In this document: positions 24,105 to 37,273 of the stretch, one piece after another
Position numbering within the stretch: the stretch's first letter is position 1
Layout: every line of letters starts with the position of its first letter
Source of the DNA: Octopus sinensis
Lineage: Eukaryota
Assembly: GCF_006345805.1 (NCBI RefSeq)
Contig: NC_043004.1
Coordinates: forward strand, 51,026,001-51,090,000
DNA: 64,000 bases
Direction of reading: 5' to 3'
Program-made: the position numbers and the translations under genes
Notes under the pieces: model-generated
Told to the model about the DNA's origin: nothing
What the model saw: the letters and a program-made list of their open reading frames with translations, nothing else
The model's database searches: none

Positions 24105-25058
24105 TTGGGATTTTTTTTTTTTTTTGGCTGCCAGCATTTCAAAAGTTTATCGAAAATTTAAAAATTTGGCTCATTAATGAAATTTTCCAAGCTGAATTGC
24201 TGGAGTTATTTCACTTTTTCCAGAAAAAATGTTTTTAAGAAGTTATTGAAGTTTAAAGTTTGATCATTTTTCACCCAGTCCAGAAACAGGATTTGGAAGC
24301 TGTCCTTTTGTGCGTGACTAAATGTTATTTAGCTATCATTTTTAGCACCAACTTGAAGTGGATGACGAAGCAAGTCCCCCGCAGATATTTCCCTAACATA
24401 GCTGTTGTAACCAACAGCTGTGCAATGGTTCATGCCCAGTTCTTCAACACAAAACCAGACTGAAGTCAATTCCTTAATCCATGAGTGAAGGAAAAGCCAT
24501 ACAGTCCTAAAAGGACCATGTGTCTTTCCTCACTGACACAGACTTCGTGCATTCTTGGCCAGTACACATGCCTACCGCGTTTCCTTGTGCTCTTAACACG
24601 CTTCTTCCTTTTACATAATTTTCTTTTGGGTATAACAGCCTTTTCTTGTAGTTACAACATCCACCTTTGTTCTCAGTGTCTCCGTCATAGACGCAAGGTT
24701 ACCGGAGCATGCTGCCATAATCAAACAGATCGGTAAAATTTCCAGGTGGATAAAACAGTAGAAGATAGCCTCAACAAGTGGTTTCACTATATTTGTCAAC
24801 ACTTGCTTTCACGCAGACAAAAGAGTTCTCATGTTCCTCTTGTTACTATGAAAACAGGCATGACTGTCTGTGGTTTACGATTTGCTAAAATTACCCAAAA
24901 TTTTCAAACTTTAATTGCTAATAACTATTTATTATTGATTTATAGCGAAAAAGATTTTCACGTAATTCATTAGCCTATAAAAGTGTATCATTACACAAAA
25001 TATGAAATCAATTCGAACAGAAATTGACGCCGGTAGCCAAATAGAAAAGATCCCTTAA
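24105..25058. mobile_element. Unclassified DNA-transposon remnant (TTAA/GGGAT-type ends); related decayed copies at ~16200-16620 and ~34770-35320
   Basis: ggga-ttt..tttggctgcc versus ggtagccaaatagaaaagatcccttaa; shared atttggaagctg and aaattaccc..aaacttt motifs. Confidence 0.4.
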
Positions 25059-25239
25059 TTATTCCAGTCTCAATACATGACCTCATATTACCTCACATGG
25101 CAAACAAATAAAACTAGGAAATATAAGTACAGGTATACCTCGACTTACGTCTGTAATTGGTTCCAAGGCATGCGACTTAACACTTAACACGAAAAATGTT
25201 TTTTTTTTAATTAACTTATATCTTCTTTAATAAATGATT

Positions 25240-25478
25240 TACTCTTACTCTCTCTTTTACTCTTTTACTTGTTTCAGTCATTTGACTGCGGCCATGCTGG
25301 AGCACCACCTTTAGTCGAGCAACTCGACCCCGGTACTTATTCTTTGTAAGCCCAGTACTTATTCTATCGGTCTCTTTTGCCGAACCGCTAAGTGACGGAG
25401 ACTTAAACACACCAGCATCGGTTGTCAAGCAATGCTAGGGGGACAAACACAGACACACAAACATATACACACATACAT

Positions 25479-25535
<57 letters not shown>

Positions 25536-25698
25536 CGACAGAGTTCTTTCAGTTTCCGTCTACCAAATCCACTCACAAGGCATTGGTCGGCCCGGGGCTA
25601 TAGCAGAAGACACTTGCCCAGATGCCACGCAGTGGGACTGAACCCGGAACCATGTGGTTGGTTAGCAAGCTACTTACCACACAGCCACTCCTGCGCCT
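25240..25698 (-). mobile_element. SINE family A
   Basis: Full reverse-complement copy. Confidence 0.9.
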
Positions 25699-26418
25699 AT
25701 TTGTATATATTCTGATATGTATTTTATTTGATCTTTCACTTCAGTGTTGACGTTTAGGTGAATAAAAAAAAACTTTACGCTTTTAAATGTCCTCCGTTTA
25801 ATTCAAAATCTAATGAGCAAATATTTTTTCCTTTTACCAAAATGTGTCTCCCTTAGAACGATTCTCTTCTGCGATAACCTGGGTTCACAAGTGACACATA
25901 TACAGACCAGTGTTTCTGAACCATTTTTTTTAATGGATCCCTTTGATTCCTATTTTACTGAGATGGACCTTCCTAGCCATTTGATGCCGAAAAATTCTTA
26001 TATTTTTTATTATTTCATGTTATTAGAAATTGTATAAAAAGAATTTGTTTGAAATAATTTGTGTATTGTAGAAGTATAAACAATTTATTGTAGATAAATT
26101 TTAAGCACCAAAATCATATATGGACCCCGACGCCAAGGGCCATAAATGGGCCTGAGGTGAAAACCAACATGAAACGCAAATCCAGACGCAAAGCCAGGAC
26201 ACACACACACACATTCTGTGCATTCAGACTTAAGCACTCTAGGATGTACCTCTCATGTATGTCGAAGCCAATAATTATTTTGGTCTGGTATATTCATTTT
26301 ATTGATGTACACACTTGAGTAATAGGTTAGCAAGAGTAATGCCCCCTTATATGAATCATAACCCTGCCTGATATGCCTATCGCGTTCAATATATGTGTAG
26401 GCACTTGTACATGTACAC

Positions 26419-26459
<41 letters not shown>

Positions 26460-27360
26460 TATATATATATATTTACGACAGAGTTCTTTCAGTTTCCGTC
26501 TACCAAATCCACTCACAAGGCATTGGTCGGCCCGGGGCTATAGCAGAAGACACTTGCCCAAGATGCCACGCAGTGGGACTGAACCCGGAACCATGTGGTT
26601 GGTTAGCAAGCTACTTACCACACAGCCACTCCTGCGCCTATTTGTATATATTCTGATATGTATTTTATTTGATCTTTCACTTCAGTGTTGACGTTTAGGT
26701 GAATAAAAAAAAACTTTACGCTTTTAAATGTCCTCCGTTTAATTCAAAATCTAATGAGCAAATATATTTTTCCTTTTACCAAAATGTGTCTCCCTTAGAA
26801 CGATTCTCTTCTGCGATAACCTGGGTTCACAAGTGACACATATACAGACCAGTGTTTCTGAACCATTTTTTTTAATGGATCCCTTTGATTCCTATTTTAC
26901 TGAGATGGACCTTCCTAGCCATTTGATGCCGAAAAATTCTTATATTTTTTATTATTAAATGTTATTAGAAATTGTATAAAAAGAATTTGTTTGAAATAAT
27001 TTGTGTATTGTAGAAGTATAAACAATTTATTGTAGATAAATTTTAAGCACCAAAATCATATATGGACCCCGACGCCAAGGGCCATAAATGGGCCTGAGGT
27101 GAAAACCACTGATATAGACGCAAAGCCAGGACACACACACACACACATTCTGTGCATTCAGACTTAAGCACTCTAGGATGTATCTCTCATGTATGTCGAA
27201 GCCAATAATTATTTTGGTCTGGTATTTTCATTTTATTGATGTACACACTTGAGTAATAGGTTAGCAAGAGTAATGCCCCCTTATATGAATCATAACCCTG
27301 CCTGATATGCCTATCGCGTTCAATATATGTGTAGGCACTTGTACATGTACATACACACAC
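25535..27360. repeat. Tandem duplication, period ~940 bp
   Basis: 25535-26420 recurs at 26475-27360. Confidence 0.85.
26850..27111. mobile_element. hAT (Charlie-like) MITE; second copy at 25908-26168
   Basis: cagtgtttctgaacc...gtgaaaaccactg ends; 8-bp TSD atacagac/atatagac. Confidence 0.75.
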
Positions 27361-27545
27361 ACACAGAGTTAGTTTGTTGGGCAGCTGAGTTTTTAGACGT
27401 AAGAGAATACATTCTCAATGTCCTTGGGGGTAAATATATATATTTCCAATGACGGTGCTTGCAATGAGTTGTTAGTCACCAATAAATTCACCCGTTCGGT
27501 AATTCGTTGTACCCGAATCAGAACTGTAAAAGTTCCTTACAGAGT

Positions 27546-27552
27546 ATACTAC

Positions 27553-27601
<49 letters not shown>

Positions 27602-27644
27602 GCTACTGCTGCTGCTGCTACTACTACTGCTGCTGCTGCTGCTG

Positions 27645-27686
<42 letters not shown>

Positions 27687-27695
27687 ATAATAATA

Positions 27696-27734
<39 letters not shown>
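27546..27734. repeat. (CTA/CTG/AAT)n trinucleotide microsatellite
   Basis: Direct reading. Confidence 0.95.
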
Positions 27735-27735
<1 letters not shown>

Positions 27736-28048
27736 TTTCAAAATACAAAGACCTGGAAATAGAGGTAACCAGAATGTGGAATCTAAAAACAGAAATAATT
27801 CCTATCATAGTAGGTACATTAGGCATGATAAAAAAGTATTCAGACAAATACATAACAAAAACACCAGGACTTACAAACACATATAACATACATAAAATTG
27901 CACTACTAGGCACTGCACACATCCTACGCAGAACACTTTCCATACAATAACCATCAGAGCATCACAACAAATCACAGCATATACCCAAGGCACACAGAGC
28001 TGCGCTCGGTAGTGAAGTGAAAGCACGCTATAAAAATAAAACTACTGA
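27735..28048 (+). mobile_element. 3' fragment of R4/Dong-like RLE LINE inserted in (AAT)n
   Basis: Translates SKYKDLEIEVTRMWNLKTEIIPIIVGTLGMIKK...LLGTAHILRRTLS*; AAT repeats on both sides. Confidence 0.85.
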
Positions 28049-28111
28049 ATAATAATAATAATGATAATAATAATAATAATAATAATAATGATAATAATAA
28101 TAATAATAATG

Positions 28112-28169
<58 letters not shown>

Positions 28170-28172
<3 letters not shown>

Positions 28173-28354
28173 CCCTGATGCAGTACTAGGCAGTGAGTCT
28201 CGTGGCTTTTGATCTTAACTGATTGGAAGTGTTATCATGTACATGTTTCATCTTGATATAAAAGATGGGCCACAGCAAACATGATAGGTATATTAGGCCT
28301 CGTATAGTTGTACTCCAGTGTCACTCTAATGGCATGCGCTGCTCTCTCACCCAA
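28170..28354. repeat. Internally deleted copy of the AAT-flanked repeat at 32700-33232
   Basis: Shared ctgatgcagtact..cttaactgattggaagtgttatc and ccagtgtcact..gctctctcac ends. Confidence 0.7.
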
Positions 28355-28887
28355 TGATAATAATAAAATTCTATGGCAAAGACGATAATGAACTTGAAGA
28401 ACTATTACGTACTGCGAAAGAATTCAGTGATGACATCGGGATGGAATTTGGTCTTGATAAATGTGCCAAGGCCACTTTCCAGAGAGGAAAATTGAAGACC
28501 TCACATTCAGTGGTGTTGGATGTTGACACAGACATAAAAGAACTCGAGCAGGAACAAACTTACAAATACCTCGGAATAAACGAAGGTTCTGGCATTCAAC
28601 ATGCAAGTTTGAAAGGGAAGATCAGGAAGGAATGTCACAGGAGAGTTCGAGCAGTCCTAAAATCCGAATTAAATGCACGTAACAAGGTTTTAGAAATAAA
28701 TTGCTTTGCACTTCCAGTTGTTATTTACAGTTTCAATGAGTTGATATGAAATATTAGCGAAATAAGGAAGAATGACAGGAAAATCCGTAAGCTGCTGACT
28801 TGCAATAAAATGCACCACCCAAAGGCAGATGCAGATCGTTTTTACCTACCCAGATCTCAAGGAGATCGAGGCTTGATAAAATTTGAA

Positions 28888-29296
28888 AGCTGCGGGCGAA
28901 GGCGAGCTTCAAAAGGCGGGCGTGAAGAGGCGGACGTCCAGAGGCGGACGAAGGCGAGCTTCAAAAGGCGGGCGAAGGCGGGCAAAAGCGGGCATCGATC
29001 GCGCCTACGTCCACGTGTACGTGGGCGACACCGCGAGGTTCGCTTCAGCCTCACTAGATCGGGCACGGTAGCGCGGCGGAGCTGCGGGCGAAGGCGGACG
29101 AAGGCGAGCTTCAAAAGGCGGGCGTGAAGAGGCGGGCGTGAAGAGGCGGGCGTGAAGAGGCGGGCGTGAAGAGGCGGGCGTGAAGAGGCGGGCGTGAAGA
29201 GGCGGGCGAAGGCGGACGAAGGCGGGCAAAGGCGGGCATCGATCGCTCCTACGTCCACGTGGGCGACACCGCGAGGTTCGCTTCAGCCTCACTAGA
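28888..29296. repeat. GC-rich dimeric insert with 14-bp minisatellite (ggcgggcgtgaaga)x6
   Basis: Two related ~170-215 bp units, both ending gaggttcgcttcagcctcactaga. Confidence 0.85.
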
Positions 29297-29493
29297 AAAC
29301 CACAAAAGGATTGGCAAAATATCTTGGAACATCTAACGACTGAATGCTAAAGCCCTTTGAAAACCACGAAAGACGTAAGAAGATTCATTCTGTGGTGAAG
29401 TAGAGCAAACATTTTCAAGTAAGTTTATGCATTGTACCCATGTGGAAGTGTAGCAACCGTAGTTGCTAAGAAGCGGAGATCAAAAGCAAAGTA

Positions 29494-29827
29494 GTAGGAG
29501 CACTCCGTCGGTTACGACGACGAGAGTCCCAGCTGATACGATCAACGGAACAAACAGCTTGCTCGTGAAATTAACATACAAATGGCTGAGCATTCCACAG
29601 ACACGTGTACCCTTAACGTAGTTCGCAAGGAGATTCAGCGTGACACAGAGTGTGACAAGGCTGGCCCTTTGAAATACAGGTATAACTCATTTTTGCCAGC
29701 TGAGTGGACTGGAGCAACGTGAAATAAAGTGTCTTGCTCAAGGACACAACGCGTCGCCGGGAATCGAACTTACAACCTTACGATCATGAGCCGAATGCCC
29801 TAACCACTAAGCCACGCGCCCTCACTT
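29494..29827 (-). mobile_element. tRNA-derived SINE (B-type head, C-type tail)
   Basis: Minus-strand tggcttagtgg and gttcgattcc boxes; degenerate TSD aaaagcaaagta/aatagcaacgta. Confidence 0.85.
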
Positions 29828-30605
29828 AATAGCAACGTAAAATGCGTCTGAACAATTGGTTGATAGGTGGGAACAAAAACCTCTGCATGGCAAATATGTG
29901 ACCCGTAGCAAACATACTGATGTAGATCAGAAGCACGCCCATCCGTGGCTACGGACTTCAGGGCTAAAGGCAGAGAGTGAAATTTTTCATCTTGGCTGTC
30001 CAGAGCTTATTGACCCAGAACTATCAAGTCAATGTGATGAAACATGGTGTAGACCCAAAGTGTTGATACTGCAACGATAGGATAGAAACAGTGGACCACC
30101 TAATCTCTGGTTGTGAAGTTTTAGCACCTGTAGAGTAGAAATCATGACATGACAGAGTTGGTCAATATCTACATTGGATAATGTGCCGGCATTATAAAAT
30201 CAGAATTGCCGACAAATTGTACAAGCACCACCCTGGGGCTGTAACTGAGGGAGAAAATGTAAATATTATTTGGGACTTAACCCGGACCATCAAAGCAAAT
30301 AAATAAGATATTGTAGTGAAAGACCAAAACAATAAAGTTTGTTTATTGATTGACATGAGCATACCGTGTGAACATAATATCTCGGCAAAAGAATTTGATA
30401 AGCTCAGAAAATATAAACATTTGCTAATCGAAATCGAAAAGATGTGGCATCTCAAGACAGTTACAATACCAGTAATTGTAGGAGCACTTGGAATGATAAA
30501 AAAAAGGAACTGAAAATTATTTAAGAATGATCCCTGGCTTACCATTCATGCAGGAAGTGCAAAAGACGTCTTAAATGGTACGTCACACGTATTGAGAAGA
30601 ATATT

Positions 30606-32438
30606 GGGCACTGTCATGCCTTTGGATGTCATTTTCACGTCACACTTTTTCTCGTCCATCTTCGTTTCTTTCCGTATAATTTACGCAAAATCAAAAACGC
30701 GTGTAAATATATCAAATTAAAAAACGCAAATTATTTAGAATGTAAAAATCAAATATATCAAATTAAAAAACGCAAATTATTTAGAATGTAAAAATCAAAT
30801 ATATCAAATTAAAAAACGCAAATTATTTAGAATGTAAAAATCAAATATATCAAATTAAAAAACGCAAATTATTTAGAATGTAAAAATCAAATATATTTAT
30901 TCTTGCATTATTCATTATTGTTTTTAAAAAAGAAATCACACCAAAATCTGCACAAATGAACCCCCATGACCATCACCGCGATTACATACACCAATCAGAA
31001 TGACCACTGACCACCACGTGCGTAATTCAAACTTTGAAATTTATTCAGTTAGAAACTTTCAGTGTGATATCAACACGTGCTAAACAATTTTTAATATGGC
31101 TTTTGCATATCCAAGTTTAAGAGGAATTAGTCACCGCGATATTGCCGTCTCCACTGCTACAACAGCAGATAGCATTAATTGGCTTAAGAGACATGGCCTT
31201 TTGAATACCCAGAAAATATGTACATCGTGTGGAGCTAGCATGAGTGAAGTAGGGAAAAAAAGTATATCTGATGAAGTAATATGGTCGTGTGGAAGGCCTT
31301 GTAGAAAATCCGTGTCAATTAGAAAAGGAACATTTTTAGAAAATAGCAAATTGAAGTGTCAACAAATCATAGATATTTTGTTTTACTGGGCCAAAGAAGA
31401 TTTAGCAAAAGGAATAGGACAGGAATGTCATTTAGCAAATGTAGCCGTGACAGATTGGAGGAATTTTTGCCGCGATGTATGTGCAGAATATTATGTTGCA
31501 CAGAATATTAAGCTGGGAGGACCCAACAGAATCGTAGAGATAGATAAAACCGCGTTTGTTAGGAGAAAATATCATGTTGGCCATCGGGTTAAAACGCAGT
31601 GGGTGTTTGGTGCTTTAGAAAGAGATACCAGAAGATGTATTTTAGTGGCAGTGGAAGATCGGACAGCGGACACTCTTTTACAGATTATACGAGAGCGTAT
31701 ATTGCCTGGTACAACAATAATTTCCGACCTTTGGCGTTCGTATAATACACTCAGTCAACTAGGATACAGACATTTGACCGTGAATCATTCAATAAATTTT
31801 GTTGATCCGGTAACATTTGCCACAACCAACCACATAGAATGTTTATGGAAACACGTAAAGACTCGAAATAGAAGAGAATGTGGAACAGCCAGAAATTTAC
31901 TTCAGACCCATCTCATCGAATTCATGTGGCGCTATGAATTTAAGGACGATATATTCGGGAAGTTGATAGAGCAAATTCGACAGCTATATCCATGTGTTGA
32001 GTATAAGTATCAAGACAGAATGAGTATCGCATTTATTTTTAAACTTAACTTCAAGTTTATATTTTGATAATCTCACCGTTGAAAATGATATTTGAAAATA
32101 ATTTGCGTTTATTAATTTGATATATTTGATTTTTACATTCTAAATAATTTGCGTTTTTTAATTTGATATATTTGATTTTTACATTCTAAATAATTTGCGT
32201 TTTTTAATTTGATATATTTGATTTTTACATTCTAAATAATTTGCGTTTTTTAATTTGATATATTTGATTTTTACATTCTAAATAATTTGCGTTTTTTAAT
32301 TTGATATATTTACACGCGTTTTTGATTTTGCGTAAATTATACGGAAAGAAACGAAGATGGACGAGAAAAAGTGTGACGTCAAAATGACGTCAGATTTTTC
32401 TTCTTTCACTTCTGACATCCAAAGGCATGACAGTGCCC
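30606..32438 (+). mobile_element. Merlin DNA transposon with ~290-bp TIRs containing 46-bp tandem repeats
   Basis: Perfect terminal gggcactgtcatgcctttggatgtca / tgacatccaaaggcatgacagtgccc; 46-bp unit x4 at 30705-30888, inverted at ~32096-32310. Confidence 0.93.
31096..32067 (+). CDS. Merlin/ISXO2-like (IS1595-family) DDE transposase, 323 aa, uninterrupted
   Basis: N-terminal CxxC..C..C zinc ribbon, SIRKGTFLE, VEIDKT, WVFG, IISDLWRSY, HLTVNHS..FVDP, TNHIECLW, HLIEFMWR. Confidence 0.92.
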   Translation: MAFAYPSLRGISHRDIAVSTATTADSINWLKRHGLLNTQKICTSCGASMSEVGKKSISDEVIWSCGRPCRKSVSIRKGTFLENSKLKCQQIIDILFYWAKEDLAKGIGQECHLANVAVTDWRNFCRDVCAEYYVAQNIKLGGPNRIVEIDKTAFVRRKYHVGHRVKTQWVFGALERDTRRCILVAVEDRTADTLLQIIRERILPGTTIISDLWRSYNTLSQLGYRHLTVNHSINFVDPVTFATTNHIECLWKHVKTRNRRECGTARNLLQTHLIEFMWRYEFKDDIFGKLIEQIRQLYPCVEYKYQDRMSIAFIFKLNFKFIF

Positions 32439-32638
32439 AATAGGCATTATTTTGTTTGTTTACATTTTTTCCTTTTATTCTCTGTCTTCTCCTTTTTCTC
32501 TATCAATTGACTTTGTAAATGAACAATCTGGTGTGTTTATTTTAATGACCTACCAATGTATACAGTACGTTTCTCTGCCTTAGGGGTCAGGAAGACACTT
32601 GGAAAGAAATGGAAACTGAATTGAAAGATGCTAATGCA

Positions 32639-32699
<61 letters not shown>

Positions 32700-33232
32700 T
32701 GCTCTGATGCAGTACTAAGCAGTGGTTTTCATGCCTTCTTTTCTTAACTGATTGGAAGTGTTATCATCTACATTGTTTTGTCTTGGTATAAAAGATGGGC
32801 CACAGCAAATATTCTGCTCAATACCACAGATTTGCTTGTCAGTTGTTTGACCTTAATCAGTTGTCCCTTAGTGGCTGACGATATGTGCATCTCTGATCAC
32901 GAGCAGAAGTAGTGGGGGAACATCATAGCCATGCAAGGAATTCTTTGGAGGTTTGGATAATTCACCTCTGGAAACATGGGTGTTTCGTTCAAACATCCTT
33001 AAACAAATCTTATTCAGGGACCTTTTGAGCGGAATGCGCTAATTCTAACTGGACCCCACCTGCAAGGTCATGCACTGTTTGTCTTGATATGAAATCACCA
33101 AGTCGTTCACATATGGTTGTGATGCATGTGCCTAGTGTACCCATATCAGACGGGTAGTCATGATGGGTATACTGGGCTTCGTATATTTTACCCCAGTGTC
33201 ACTTTGATGGCATGAACTGCTCTCTCACTCAA
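32700..33232. repeat. Unclassified AAT-flanked interspersed repeat (possible non-autonomous Dong partner)
   Basis: Homologous ends at 28170-28354; both copies are embedded in AAT/AAC repeats. Confidence 0.55.
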
Positions 33233-33835
33233 AAACAATAACAACAAGAAGGAGTATGGAGACTTGTACAGCCACTATTTCTATTTTATACTTATGTACA
33301 GTACATTTCACTGACAGTATTGTAAGGTTGCCTCTTCATCAATGTGCAGTCGTTGCAGTGGAAGTACGTGTAGGTCATTGTAATATGCTGTATATAACTG
33401 CAATATAAAAACAGTGGATGTACAAGTCTCCATGCTCCTTACTATTATTATTATTATTATTATTATTACACACACACACACACACAAACACACACACGCT
33501 CGCTCACTCACGCACACACACACATGCATGTATGCATGTTCTTCTCTTTTTGATTTAGGGTTAAATTTAACCGCCCGCCTACTTGGTTGCAAGGTCGTGA
33601 AGGAAAGAACATGATTTCACCATCATCCTTTAAATCTTTCGAAGGTCTTGCAGATTCTGCAGTCCCAGATATCGTCATCATTTGTTGTGTGTAAATTAAA
33701 GACTTGCATCTTCTCCCCCAAGATTCCAATTTCAGCCACACTTTGCTTCTGTTACTCCAATAATGGGTGCGAGGCTTAAAGTGTATCTTGGGAACTGGAT
33801 TTGCAAACTTCCCATCAATGAGCCATGTATGTATG

Positions 33836-33869
<34 letters not shown>

Positions 33870-34096
33870 TGTATGTATGTATGTATGTATGTATGTATGT
33901 ATGTGTGTATGTATGTATGTATGTATGTATGTATGTATGTATGCATGCACATATGTATGTATGTATGTATGTATGCATACATGTATGTAAGTATGTATAT
34001 ATGTATGTATGTATGCATACATGTATGTATGTAAGTATGTATGTATGTATGTATGTATGTATGTATGTATGTATGTATGTATGTATGTATGTATGT

Positions 34097-34432
34097 GAAG
34101 GCGCATGGCTCAGTGGTTAGAGCGTCGAGCTTACGATCGTGAGGTTGTGAGCTCGAATCCCGGACCGGGTTGCGTGTTGTGTTCTTGAGCAAGGCACTTT
34201 ATTTCACGTTGCTCCAGTTCACTCAGCTGTAGAAATGAGTTGCGACGTCACTGGTGCCAAGCTGTATCGACCTTTGTCTTTCCCTTGGATAACACTAGTG
34301 GCGTGGAGAGGGGAGGCTGGTATGCATGGGCGACTGCTGGTCTTCCATAAACAACCTTGCCCGAACTTGTGTCTATGAGGGTAACTTTCTAGGTGCAATC
34401 CCATGGTCATTCATGACCGAAGGGGGTCTTAA
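34097..34432 (+). mobile_element. tRNA-derived SINE (B-type head) in (TATG)n
   Basis: tggctcagtgg A box, gctcgaatccc B box, tgttcttgagcaaggcac motif. Confidence 0.85.
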
Positions 34433-34493
34433 GAATGTATGTATGTATGCATGTATGTATGTAAGTATGTATATATGTATGTATGTATGCATG

Positions 34494-34525
<32 letters not shown>

Positions 34526-36379
34526 ATAATATGTATGTATGTATGTATGTATGTGTGTATTGTATGTATGTATGTATGTATGTATGTATGTATGTATGTC
34601 TTCTCTTTCTCTTTTTAATTTAGAATAAATTTTTGTGGCTACCGACTTGGTAGCAAGGTTGTGAAGAAAAGTATCTTGATTCAACCACCATCCTTTAAAT
34701 CTTTTCTTAAGTGTATCTTGGATGTCCTCTTTCTCTTATATATTTCGAACCACATTGTTTTTGGCTGCACCGGTGGAAATTTTAAAGTTTAGTGAAAATT
34801 TTAACATTTGGTGTATGGATGTAATTTTCCACGCTGAATCTCGCGGGAATGTTTAACTTTTTCTAGAAAAAAATATATATAAAAAAAAGAAAAAGCTACA
34901 GAGGTTTCAAATTTGATTATTTTTACCCTGTCAGAAAACAGCATTTGGAAGCTGTCATTTTGTATTTGACTGCACGTGTTGCTAACTGTAGAAAAAAGGA
35001 CCACCTCATTAAATGCTTACTAAATGTTTTAAGCAGTTGATAAGCGAAAATAACCATGTTGGTAAGCAGCTTGATATCAGCTTGACTTGTTACTATGCAA
35101 ACAGGTACCTATACGTCTGTGGTTTTGGTTAAAATTACCCCAAATTTGCAAACTTTAAAAGCTATCGATTCTTTATTAATTGTTTTATGGTGGAGATAAT
35201 TTCGCGTCAATGCTTACCTTACAAAATTACATGGTTAAACCAATTATGGGATCAGTTGAAACAAAAATTGAAGAAATTGAAAAATAGCTGTCAAGCAGAA
35301 AAGATTAAAAAAACAAAGGCAAACAAAAATGCAGAAAAAACAAAAAAACAAACCAAAAATCAAACCACACAACCTTGCGCGCATGTATTCACAGAAACTC
35401 GCTCATCGCAAGAATTTAAAGATTTTTATTTGTACAGAAAGAATTCTTTTATTATCAACAGAGATAACAATTACATATATAAGACGTATATGTTAAAGTA
35501 GTGAGGAAAAGCAAGCAATTAGGCAATGCAGGACAAGGACTTTTAATTTCATTTAATTCAGTCTAAGATTTAATTCAGTCTAACATAACGAATGGTAAAA
35601 TTAATACAAAATGGTGAAGATAGACCGTGAGTCATCCTGACGAAAACCTCTCATTTTCTCTATATAACATGAATGTATAACATAAATTTATAATACAAAA
35701 CCACATTAAAATCTAAATCCCAAACCGAAGAAAACAGAAGTATGAGCCAAGAAAGAAAAACGAAGAGGAAAAGAGGAAGAAAGAAAAAAGAGGAGAAAAA
35801 AGAACACATCAATTCGCCACCGAATGCCTTAATTGATTGCACAGTACACGGTTCACGTTTCGTTAAACGACATCGGTCTAAAGGGAGGCTACTAAGCATT
35901 TTGAACAAGGGGAATAACTCTCTGTTCAAACTAATGCCATGCAAAGTTGATTTCTTTTTTCTTGCAAGATGGAAGTTTTTTATTGTCCTTTTCAATGCCT
36001 CTTAAACTAGAAAGAGTGGTAAATTAAGTTGTTCTCAGATTGAAATCGTGGTCCAAATGTATACAACACAAATTTTTTAGGTGGCGGACAGGTTGTCTAC
36101 CCCCCCCCCTTATTTGAAGGAGGAGCAATGAACACTTATTAAATCAACTCCTACCACGCCAACCACGAATACTTAACGGCTGTTTTATTGCTCCTAGAAT
36201 TACTAGATAAACCGCCGAAACCCAGATATCTTTCCGTCAACATAAGCCATTCTTGTGTGAACTGTCACTTAAAATGACTTACAAGACTTCACCAGATGAT
36301 AGCAAAATTATAAGTTCATGTCTATCTGTCTGTCTGTCTATATACATTCATAAACACACACACACACACACCATATATG

Positions 36380-36420
<41 letters not shown>

Positions 36421-36424
<4 letters not shown>

Positions 36425-36584
36425 TGCAGGAGTGGCTGTGTGATAAGCAGCTTGCTAACCAACCACATGGTTCCGGGTTCAGTCCCACTGCGTGGCATCT
36501 TGGGCAAGTGTCTTCTGCTATAGCCCCGGGCCGACCAATGCCTTGTGAGTGGATTTGGTAGACGGAAACTGAAAGAAGCCTGTC

Positions 36585-36656
<72 letters not shown>

Positions 36657-37227
36657 TATATATATGTATGTGTGTGTGTTTGTGTGTCTGTGTTTGTCCC
36701 CTTAGCATTGCTTGACAACCGATGCTGGTGTGTTTACGTCCCCGACACTTAGCGGTTGGCAAAAAGTGACCGATAGAATAAGTACTGGGCTTACAAAGAA
36801 TAAGTCCCGGGGTCGAGTTGCTCGACTAAAGGCGGTGCTCCAGCATGACCGCAGTCAAATGACTGAAACAAGTAAAAGAGTAAAAGAGTATACATACATA
36901 TATGTATTTATTTATATATGCACACACATACATACATATACACAAACACACATACATACACGTGTGTGCGTGTGTGTTGTGTGTCTATGTGTGTGTCTAT
37001 CGAACGCACATATTCCATATGTTTTGCTTCTTCGCCGGTTCGCTGCAGTGTAGCGATTTGAGGACAACTCCCTCATCGCTGTGGGCGTTAAAATACGTGA
37101 AAGGGCTGCGCGGGATCGTGCCCAAAGCGCTTTATCGCAGCGAACCGGTGGACAAGCAAGACACGCAGTGAGTACGTATATAATATCGATAATGTCTACA
37201 ACACTAACAGTGCTTTTCATTTGCAAA

Positions 37228-37273
<46 letters not shown>

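Larger units (their letters stand above)
28369..32640 (+). pseudogene. 5'-truncated R4/Dong-like LINE (RT C-terminus, CCHC, restriction-like endonuclease), interrupted by a GC-rich insert, a SINE and Merlin
   Basis: FSDDIGMEFGLDKCAK, YKYLG, HHPKADADRFYLPR, WEQKPLHGKY, ETVDHLISGC, DIVVKD..CLLIDMSIP..KLRKYK; flanked by (AAT)n. Confidence 0.9.

Noticed and set aside
23399-24161. YI/VC/HT-repeat ORFs here and throughout the window
   Set aside because: They are translations of (TA)n, (TG)n and (TATG)n microsatellites.
30705-30888. Regular 46-bp repeats resembling a CRISPR array
   Set aside because: There are no unique spacers; they are subterminal repeats of Merlin in a eukaryotic genome.
34097-34170. 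tRNA-like sequence (also 1777, 18310-18382, 29755-29822)
   Set aside because: Each continues into a SINE body without a clean acceptor stem or oligo-T terminator, so these are SINE heads rather than tRNA genes.
35310-36100. Apparently unique sequence with a small hairpin (35897-35938) and minus-strand AATAAA; possible host 3' UTR or miRNA
   Set aside because: No adjoining exon is recognisable and the hairpin is too short for a pre-miRNA.
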